Positions 54,268 through 64,000 of a stretch of 64,000 nt of DNA are shown here, in pieces. Made by a program: the position numbers and the translations under genes. This DNA comes from the human T2T-CHM13v2.0 reference genome, Homo sapiens: the NCBI RefSeq assembly GCF_009914755.1, contig NC_060926.1, one strand, 5' to 3'. Position 1 is the first letter of the stretch. Each line of letters opens with the position of its first letter. The notes under the pieces were generated by a model, which was not told the DNA's origin, ran no database searches, and saw only the letters and a list, made by a program, of their open reading frames with translations.

Positions 54268-56617
54268 TGATATGTTTTGGCTGTGTCCCCACCTAAATTT
54301 CATCTTGAATTGTAGTTTCCATAATCCCCACATGTTGTGGAGGGTCCTGGTGGGAGGTAATTGAATAATGGGTGTGGTTACCCCATGCTGCTGTTCTTGG
54401 GATAGTGAGTGAGTTCTCACAAGATCTGATGGTTTTATAAAGGGCTTTTCCCACTTTTGCTTGGCTCTTCTTGCTGGCACTATGTGAAGAAAGACATGTC
54501 TGCTTCCCCTTCCACCATGATTGTAAGTTTCCTGAAGCCTCCCCAGCCCTGCAGAACTGTGAGTCAATTAAACCTTTTTCCTGTGTAAATTACCCAGGTT
54601 GAGTTAATTTATTAGCAGTGTGAGAATGGACTAATATGGTAAATTGATGCTATGGAGATGCTGCTATAAAGAAACCCAAAAATATGGAAGCAATTTTGGA
54701 ACTGGATAACAGGCAGAGGTTGGAACTGTTTGGAGGTCTAAGAAGAAGATAGGAAAATGTGGGAAAGTTTGGAACTTCCTAGAGACTTGGAAGGCTTAGA
54801 AGACAGGAAAATGAGGGAAAGTTTGGAACTGCCTCTAGACTTGTTAAATGGCTTTGACTAAAATTCTGATCATGATATGGAAAATAAGGTCCAGGCTGAA
54901 GTGGTCTCAGATGGAGATGAGAAACTTTTTGGGAACTGGAGTAAAGGTCACTCTTGCTATGCAAAGAGACTGGTGCCATTTTGCCCCTTCATTAGAGATC
55001 TGTGGAACTTTTAACTTGGGAGAGATGATATAGGGTATCTGGGGGAAGAAATGTCTTAGCAGTGAAGTGTTCAAGAGAAAGCAGAGAATAGAAGTTTGAA
55101 AAATTTGCAGCCTAATGATGTGATAGAAAAGAAACCCATTTTCTGGGGAGAAATTCAAACCAGCTGCAGAAATTTGCATAGTAACCAGGAGCCAAATGTT
55201 ATTCACCAAGACAATGGGGAAAATGTCTCCAGAGCATGTCAGAGACCTTCACAGTAGCTCCTCCCATCACAGACCTGGAGGCTTAGGAGGAAAAAATGGT
55301 TTCATGGGCTTGGCCCAGTGCCCCCCTGCTGTGTGCAGCCTAGGTATTTGGTGCTCTCTGTCCCAGCTGCTCCAGCCATGGCTAAAGGGGACCAAGGTAC
55401 AGCTCAGGCCATTGCTTCAGAGGTGCAAGCCCCAAGCCTTGGCAACTTCCATGTGATGTTGAGCCTGCAGGTGCACAAAAGTCAAGAATTGAGGTTTGTG
55501 AACCTCCACTTAGATTTCAGAGGATGTATGGAAATGCCATTTTTCCTGGACATCCAGGAAGAATCTGCTGCAGGGGTGGGGCCCTCATGGAGCACTTCTG
55601 CTAGGGCAGTGTGGAAGGAAAATGTGGGTTGGAGCTCCCACACAGAGTCCCCACTGGGGCACTGCCTAGTGGAGCTGTGAGAAGAGGGCTACCATCCTCC
55701 AGACCCCAGAATGCTTGATCGGCTGAGAGCTTGCACCATGTGCCTGGAAAAGCTGCAGACACTGAACGCCAGCCCTTAAAAGCAGCTGGGTGTGGGGGGT
55801 GGGGAGTCTGTGCCCTGCAAAGACACAAGGGTGGTGCTTCCCAAGGCCATGGGAGCCCACCTCTTGCATCAGTGTGACCTGGATGTGAGACATGGAGTCA
55901 AAGGAGATCACTTTGGAAATTTAAAGTTCAATGACTGCCCTATTGGTTTTCAGCTACAGGTTTGCATGGAGCCTATAGCCCCTTTGTTTTGGCCAGTCTG
56001 TCCCGTTTGGAATGAGTGTATTTGCATAATACCTGTAGCCCCATTGTGTCTAGGATGTAACTAACTTGCTTTTGATTTTACATGTTCATGGGCAGAAGGG
56101 ACTTGCCTTGTCTCAGATGAGACTTTGGACTTGGACTTTTGGGTTGATGCTGGAATGAGTTAAGACTTTGGGGGACTGCTCAGAAGGCATAATTGTGTTT
56201 TGAAATGTGAGAAGGACATGAGATTTGGAAGGGGCCAGGGGCAGAATGATATGGTTTGGCTGTGTCCACACCCAAATTTCATCTTGTAGTTCCCATAATC
56301 CCCACGTGTTATGGGAGGGACCCCATGGGAGGTAATTGAATTATGGAGATTCCACCCATGCTGCTGTTCTCATGATAGTGAGTGAGTTCTCACGAGATCT
56401 GATGGTTTTATAAGGGACATTTCCCCCTTTTGCTTGGCACTTCTCCTTGCTTCTGCTATGTGAAGAACGACATGTTTGCTTTCCCTTCTGCCACGATTGT
56501 AAGTTTCCTGGGGACTCTCTAGCCCTGCTGAACTGTGAATCACTTAGAACTCTTTTTCTTTATAAATTACCCAGTCTTGGGTATTTCTTCATAGCAGTAT
56601 GAAAATAGACTAATACA
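54268..56617 (+). mobile_element. Full-length THE1D-like MaLR element (5' LTR 54268-54638, internal 54639-56246, 3' LTR 56247-56617)
   Basis: Two LTRs in direct orientation, THE1-int body, purine tract ggaaggggccaggggcagaa before the 3' LTR, TSD GTATT/GTCTT. Confidence 0.92.
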
Positions 56618-56664
56618 GTCTTATTATAATTCTCATTTCAAAAGAGGAAACTGAGGCTTAAAGA

Positions 56665-57203
56665 GTGCTCTGCCTATCTACTGCTCCATAACAAATCACA
56701 CCAAAACCTGAAGCCCATTATTCTGTTTACAAATCTGCAATTTAGGTAGGGTTCAACTTGGGTGCCCATTTCTGTTCTACTGGCATCACTTGGGGGTAAT
56801 TTGAAGGAATAAGACTGGAATTATCTGGAGGCTTGTTCTTGCCCATACCTGGCAATAGATGCTGACTGTTGGCTTAGATCTTAGCTAGAAAACCTTTAAG
56901 TAGTCTTTGCATGTGGCCTAGGCTTCTTCACAACATAGTGGTTGGGTCCCAAGAGTGAGTGTTCCTAGATAGAGCAAGCCAGGAAGAAATTGTTCTACAT
57001 ATTATGAACTACCTAGCTTTACAAGTCACATAGATCATTTCTATCACATTATATTCATTGAAACAGCCACAAAGGTACACCCAATATCAGGGAGGCGGGT
57101 GGGATAAACATTAACTCTTGATGATGTAACAGTGAGGTTCTGGAAGAGTATGTAAAACCAGAAATGTTGTGGTTGCCATTTTTGAAAATTATAGTATTCC
57201 ACA
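56665..57203 (-). mobile_element. MLT1G/H-like solo LTR
   Basis: ctactgctccataacaaatcacaccaaaac…atgtggcctaggcttcttcacaacatagtgg…gccatttttgaaaa…ccaca. Confidence 0.7.
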
Positions 57204-57735
57204 AATAAATTAAGCAATTTTTATAAGGTCATACAATAATTAATGGCACTGGAATTTCTTATTTCATAGAAATCAGGTCTTCTTAAATTTGAGTATAAAA
57301 GAGATGCTAATTCAATTTAAAACTTTTACAAGTGTGACCTTCCATTACTCTTGTTTCTTTATGTTGCATGGTCTTGTATTATAGTATCTTACTTTATATT
57401 ACAAGATATTTTTGTACGATTCATTCTGAGTTTTTCTTATTACTTTTGTAATGTTTTACCTAAACCTGTTTTTTTCCTTAAGAAATGGCATGCATTTATT
57501 CTTGTAGATTTTCTTTTCAGCTTTTATGTAATTAAAGCTCTTACATAAATTTGAGTGAAAAATTAAATATTTGGTCTTAAGCTGCAGGATCTGATGTTAT
57601 TTATTTAGTGATCTTCTTATGTTAGGGGTAAGGACCCAAAGCATACCAAAGTGTAAGTGTTTCACTTCCTAATAAAAAAAGAACTATATGGTAATAAAGG
57701 GGAATGACTTTACATGGTTTTAAAATAAAATTGTG

Positions 57736-57862
57736 TTATTATTTTTAGAGATGGGATCCAGCTACATTGCCCAGGCTAGTCATGAACTCCTGGGCTCAAG
57801 TAATCTTCCTGCCTTAGCCTTCTGAGTAGTGGGGATTACAGGAGCAAGACACTGCACCCAGT
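57736..57862 (-). mobile_element. FLAM (free left Alu monomer)
   Basis: tttagagatggg…ttgcccaggctagtcatgaactcctgggctcaag…ggattacagg. Confidence 0.82.
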
Positions 57863-58344
57863 GGTTTATTTTATTCCTAAATGGTATAATAATTTCATTT
57901 CAGTGGATAGTACCTATGAAATGATTTGTTTTGCAACATTCCTAATGTTTTACAACAGTTTTTAAAATCTTCATTTGGCTACTGGGGAAACCAAAGCATA
58001 TTTGTTTCTCTAGTAGATCCTAAAAGTTATGTTGACTGGCTACTTATTTAGTGAACTTTCATTCATTTACAGGAATTTTAGCAGTATCTTGTGAACAAGA
58101 TAAAGGAAACCAGAAAGTAAGTCATTCAGAATATCTTTAGGGCATAGTTGATCTCAGTTTAAACTCAAGGAAGTTCTGAGGATGCAATGATAGGCATTTG
58201 GATTCCTTTCTTTATCATAGTGATCATAGTGAGCATGTTATTGGCATCATGGTGACATTACATAAAAAATGGTCTTCTAGGCTCTAAATTCTTCCTAAAG
58301 TCTTCAAATTTCCACAGGCCCAGATTGGGAAAAATGAATACATA

Positions 58345-58349
58345 TATTG

Positions 58350-58387
<38 letters not shown>

Positions 58388-58392
58388 CAATA
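58345..58392. repeat. Perfect 48-bp palindrome TATTGGAG-(AT)16-CTCCAATA
   Basis: Self-complementary by inspection. Confidence 0.95.
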
Positions 58393-58693
58393 ATATATAT
58401 TATATTGTAGTCTTATTCTATCTGTGAAATATATTTTTCATAATTGTTTAGAAACTGTGGAAGAAGGACAGAAGTAATGAATGAATATTTTCTTACTCCA
58501 AAATGTATTTTAAATCTTAGAGGAGTTGTATATATTCTATTCAATTAGCCTTTCAAGCAAGAGAAATACCAAGCTGTATGGAAATATATATATGAAATAT
58601 ATATACCTATATACATTATGTATATAACGTATATACTTACATTTTAGAAAATAGATATGTAAGTTGGAATATATACTTATAGGAATGTGTATA

Positions 58694-59026
58694 CAGTTAG
58701 CCCTCTATATTCATGGGTTCCACATCCTTGGATTCCAATCAACCACAATGGAAAATATTTGGAAAAAAAATTGCATCTCTAATGAACATGTATAGACTTT
58801 TTTCTTGTCATTATTCCCTAAAAAAGCTAGTATAACAACTATTTACATAGCATTTACATTGTATTAAATATAAGTAATCCAGAGATGATCTAATGTATAT
58901 GGGAGAATGTGCTTTGGTTACATGCAAATACTATATCACTTTATATCAGAGGCTTGAGTATTTGCACATTTTTGTATTCAAGGGAGGTCCTGGAACCATT
59001 CCTCCTCAGTTGCTGAGGGAAAACTG
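58694..59026 (-). mobile_element. MER2-family MITE with TA TSD
   Basis: ta|cagttagccctctatattcatgggttcc…ggtcctggaaccattcc…gagggaaaactg|ta. Confidence 0.85.
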
Positions 59027-60754
59027 TAGTTTGTTCATTTTTTGTCTGTTGTTTTGTAGATTGGATGCTGCTCTACTGATTTTTTTGTGTCTGCATTGGT
59101 CCATTTCCAAATGTGCCACATAAATATTGTCATCTCCTCTGTACTATGTCTTCATAAAAGATAATATATAAATGTTTAGATTTTAGAATTACTAAAGCAA
59201 ACAAACATACTAACAGCTTCTGACACATTGCTTAGAAGTCCTTTTAACTGTCTTTTATTTATGTAACCACAAATTTCAGCATTTCTCAACAAGGAATTCA
59301 CAATTACTTGTTGGGAAAAACAAACCATTGACATAGGCGAGAATAACAATAGCTTTTATATAAATATTATACAGCACCTCTTATCTGTAATGAAAGTAAT
59401 GAGACACAGCTGAATGGAAAAAAGTTCTATTCACATAAAATCTTAAGGGCATTGTAGCTATTCAATGATTAAAAGTTTAGCTCAGTAGCTAATATTAATA
59501 TTTATATTTTTAAAGTTCTCTTTATCTGTTTTACTTAGAAAATACAGTTGCTAACAATCAGCGCATAGAATATAAGTAATTTGACCTTGCAAGCTGGAGA
59601 GTCCAGATTTTAGATTTTCTGCACAGTCTCTCATCAGTATATCTATACTTGAGACACTATGCATTCTGATTTTTCCTTCATAGAATATAAGGAGTTAGGT
59701 TAAAAAAAAAAAGCCTAAATAACACATTGAATTTGCAGTATTCCAACCTCTTTGCCATCAAATTTGGGTCAGATTTCAGTGGATAGTACCTATGAAGGCC
59801 TGTATTCCTTTCGGCAGAGCAACAGGGGGGCACATGGTAAAAGATCCTGGTTTACAATTATAGCTGCTTATTCCGAATTTCTTCTCTCCCTTCTTGTGGC
59901 AGTCTTCTTGTTGCTGCTCCACTACACTTTGGATATTTTTCTTTGTTTCCATGATCTGTTCATTGATTCCCTCTTGTGCTCAAATTTTCAATTAGCCTTT
60001 CAAGCAAAAGAAATACCAAGCTGTCTGGAAAAATTTAAAAACATCACTCATAGGCCACCATACAAAAATAAGTCAACACTCTGCGTTTGCTCCTCCAACA
60101 ATTCAAATCCTCTATTATCCTTGTGCCATCTTTATTGGATTTTTGACTCCTATGTGCCATTCTAACTTCTAACTGATTAATTCTTCTAGAAGAAGACATG
60201 TTTCTGAACCTGTTCTATGGGCCAGACATTTCATGGTGAACCACCCTGCATTGTGAAAACAAAGGGCTTTCACACTGAAGCTGTGTATTGTAGCAGTCAT
60301 CAAGTGAGGAGGCTTTTGTTTTGGTTGAAATATCACAATAGAGTTCTTTACTATCAATTTCTCTGTGCCTTCAATTCAATTTAGTTGTGAGGAGGAATTC
60401 AACATGACAATTTAAGGAATTATAATTCTGCTACTTTAAAAATCAAATTGCAAGAAAAAATGCTATTAAAATTTGTTTCTATATTTGTTCATTTGTTAAC
60501 AGTGTCAGATTTTACCAAATTTTGTTTGTAGAGAACATTTTGACACCTCTAAGATTTAAAATAAATTTCTGAGTAAGAAAGTGTTCATTCATTACTTCTG
60601 TCCTTCAACAGTTTCTAAATAATTATGAAAAATATATTCCACGAATAGAATAAGACTGGGCTCATTTTTTATCAGTGATAGATTGTGTTCTTTCCTCAAG
60701 GTACGTGCAGGGAATGCCTCTTTGTTACAATTTACAAAATAAGGCCTTCTTTCC

Positions 60755-60858
60755 TTTTTTTTTTTTTTTTTTTGCTTTGAGACGGAGTCTTGCTGTGTTG
60801 CCCAGGCTGGAGTGCAGTGGCGCGATCTCAATCTCGGCTTGCTGCAAACTCCGCCTCC
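60755..60858 (-). mobile_element. 5'-truncated Alu right-arm fragment
   Basis: poly(T)-gagacggagtcttgctgtgttgcccaggctggagtgcagtggcgcgatc. Confidence 0.88.
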
Positions 60859-60919
60859 TTTCTTAAGTCATAAACATGCCGGCAGTATTCTCTACCGTCA
60901 TAACTAGAAGAGTTTAAAG

Positions 60920-61822
60920 TCAAAACATCATGTAAAAAGTCTTGATTTCTCAACAAGTACGTGCCCCTTACGACCTGTCCTCCCCCCAGTCTTCTCCCTC
61001 TTACTCAGCTGCATCAACATCTTCCTAGAAGCTCAGGCTAGAATTCCAGAAGGCCATCTTCATGTCAACTCCTCTCACTGCCCATATCCAATCTATGACC
61101 AATTTCTGTCAGCACCTCCTCCTAAAGATATCCTGGGATCTTCCTGCTTCTTTCTATCTAGAATTCTGTCATCTACTTGTATCACCTATCATTGTCTTGT
61201 CAGGGTTATTGAAAAAGCTTCCAACTAAATTCCCTTTAGTCTGTTTTTCTCCACAGTAGTCAGAGTGAATGAAAGAAATGTATGTATATATGTGTATACC
61301 TGTATCTGTCTAACGATATATGTGTGTGTACAGTTGTGTCATGCTTCTACTTAAAACCGTCAAATAGCTTCTGATTGCACTTAAAACCCAAATTCCTAAG
61401 CATGATCCTTATGACTTACGAACTCTTGTTCCTGCCTACTTACTGCCTTTAGCGTCTGCTGGTCCCTCTGCCATTGTATTCTAAGCTCAAACCCACCGAG
61501 ATTATACCTGTCTCTGTACTAGATCTTTTCTCTCCCAGTGACTGGTTTCTTTGTGTCATTCTGGTCTCAAATGTTGCCTTTTTGTAATGACCTTCCCTGA
61601 CCACACAATCTGAAGTAATGTCCCCAAATATTCTCCAGCTAATTACTGTTTTATTTCTTTGGAGCATTCTGTTTATTTGTTGGCTTCCTTGTTTATTATC
61701 TGCCTTCTCCAAGTAAAATATAAACATGCAGAGACCTCATCTGTCTTATTCACCACGCTACCCCTGGCTTCTAGTACAGTACCTGGAATATAGGAAATGT
61801 CCTATAAATATCTGATTCATGA
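60920..61822 (+). mobile_element. L2 fragment with 3' tail
   Basis: …ccttccctgaccac…ctagtacagtacctggaatataggaaatgtcctataaatat. Confidence 0.72.
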
Positions 61823-61983
61823 AGGTTATAAAGCAACTAACATATAATAAATTAGCTAACAGAAATTACATAAGGAATATCATACTTTGCTTCAGGAAAA
61901 GCTGACTTTTACTAAAGGATTCGTTCTGGAATTGTTTAGTCTCCACTGGAATATTTTTGCAGGTACAGTAATTCTACATTTTA

Positions 61984-62383
<400 letters not shown>

Positions 62384-62499
62384 TTAATATAGTAGGCTGC
62401 CCTTTGTATAGCAAGGGTAGCTGATGTTTTTCATGTTTATGTATTCAAAACAATGTAATCTCTTTTGCCGTATTTCCAGACTTGGTACCTTGGAATATG

Positions 62500-64000
62500 G
62501 CTAATGTTAGCAAGTGAATTTACTATCATTCTCTAAGGGTCAGCTCTGAGCTTCTAGATTACTTTGGTGAAAAGTGTGACATAGCGAATAATAAAACTCT
62601 CTGCCTCTAGTCCTCCCATGGGACAAATTTGGGAGATACTTTTTATGCTGCTCAGGAAGTCCTGGTGAAACCAAACCCTTGCCATCACTGTTGCAACAGC
62701 AGTGACTGGCCTATATTGTTGTTGTTTTCCCCCTTTCTTACTCTTCCTGGTGGCTCACTCCTCTGCCCTGGAATCAGCTCTTAATAGACTACTAACACAC
62801 AGGTCTCGTTTCAGGCACTGATTTGCGGGGAAGCTAAGGCAAGCCAGCTGGTATCAGGAATAGCTTTCGAAAGCAGCTGATTAGGATAGATTCTGCAACA
62901 CTCACTCACCCGTCAAATAGTAACAAGGACCTTTTGCTAGTGGTAAGTGACTGATTCCTGATGTAACCTGTGGCACGCTGAAGCGTCCCCAAAACAGACT
63001 CACCTGGGTAGATTCAGATGAGGTACAGGTGGGAGGCGAAGGATTTACCCACCCAATAGCTCTAGCACCGGAATAGTAGGAGAGTCGTGGTAACTTAAAA
63101 GATTATGGCACTGGCTACAAAAGTCCTCAAGAAAGAAAACCACTGGATCAGTTTAGCCAACTATCAACTCAGAGTGATCGTAAAATCTGAAAGTCCTTCA
63201 AGGTAGCATTTAAAGAGATTCTCTTCTCATAGAGCCACAGGCAGACTGTGTTGAAAATCAGGCCTGCATTGCAGAGATAAGGGGAGAAAATGCACAGGAG
63301 TGACAGGTTTCCTGCGCAGAAAATGAGGACCCTGATAAAGAAGACTTAAGATGGGAATATTTGGATGCATGAGTCCAAAAATGCTAGAGCCTCCAGATTC
63401 TTCTGGGCTATCTCAGTCAGCAGAAGCAGCCTCTTTCTCCGTGTCTGGAGGTGGAGAAAGCAGCCTGGAGACCATTACAACCTTGACCTGAGAAAGATGC
63501 CATGGGAGGTGAGGCTTGTCTTCCTCAAGATTCATCATCACCTTGCTTTATTCCTCCAGACCAGTACCTGAGGTAAGGGCTCAGCATAGAAGGGAGTAAG
63601 TCCCTGCTCCTGGAGAACATAGCTTACTCATGGAGAAAACTGGCTAATGTATACTGGTGAAACCAGGAGAACCCATGTGGGATGGGCTTTTGAAAATGTT
63701 GGATCAGGGGAAATAGAATACAGTGTTTGCAGAAGGGGATGTATTGACATGGGGGAGTTCTCCCATAACACAGGTTTCCTGGAGACAGCAAAAACTTGCA
63801 GCTGGACATAATGGGCTGCTGCATGACTCCTGGAAGCAGGGACACAATGGTGCCCTACAATTTTAAAAAGGTGTAAATGCCCGGTGGGGTCAGTCTCAAC
63901 AGTCCCTGCTTTCTCCAAGCAGACCAAGGCAGCTCTGTTCCCAGTGCTTTATCACTGGGAGTTCCACATAAAGTTTTGCTTAGTAACAGCTTTCTGCTGC
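62500..64000 (+). mobile_element. ERVL-class provirus relic: LTR16-like LTR (to ~62846) plus HERV16-like internal leader/gag, runs off the window
   Basis: LTR16-type end (aatagactactaacac…tcaggcactgatttgcggggaagctaaggcaagcca), PBS-like gctggtatcagg, and a degenerate ERVL gag stretch around 63620-63780 (…ggatcagggga…attgacatggggg…). Confidence 0.6.

Noticed and set aside
54740-54845. ~50-bp tandem duplication (ggaaagtttggaact…agacttg)
   Set aside because: As I recall it is a known tandem unit of the THE1 internal leader and not specific to this locus.
57897-60031. CRISPR-like or cassette-array reading of the A/B repeats
   Set aside because: There are only two copies of each motif, the spacing is irregular, the context is eukaryotic and there are no associated genes.
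59752-60165. 137-aa ORF with a hydrophobic segment that overlaps motifs A and B
   Set aside because: It starts at TTG, has no recognisable homology, and its hydrophobicity reflects T-rich DNA; the 58-aa antisense ATG ORF is also unrecognisable.

Overview
This is AT-rich, repeat-dense primate DNA, most likely human (Alu, L1PA2, THE1 and MER elements). It holds the 3' end of PLCL1 (PRIP-1, inactive phospholipase C-like 1) on the + strand: a 110-nt coding exon (1594-1703), a ~42.9-kb last intron, the terminal coding exon (44558-44740) and a ~2.9-kb 3' UTR, probably ending after AATAAA at 47627. The rest is intronic or intergenic sequence with LINEs, SINEs, LTRs and DNA transposons, many nested and with readable target-site duplications (TSDs). 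Almost all six-frame ORFs are repeat remnants or chance. I see no convincing new biological system. The best leads are: (i) two interleaved short near-perfect direct repeats (24 and 45 bp) that bracket unrelated sequence and a perfect 48-bp palindrome at 57.9-60.0 kb; (ii) a young twin-primed L1PA2 carrying a 20-nt 3'-transduction-like tag; (iii) a PLCL1 poly(A) site apparently assembled from two ancient transposons; (iv) strong cryptic exon candidates; (v) a full-length THE1 whose two LTR ends disagree. Repeat subfamily names come from recalled consensus sequences, not a RepeatMasker run, and boundaries of old repeats are approximate.
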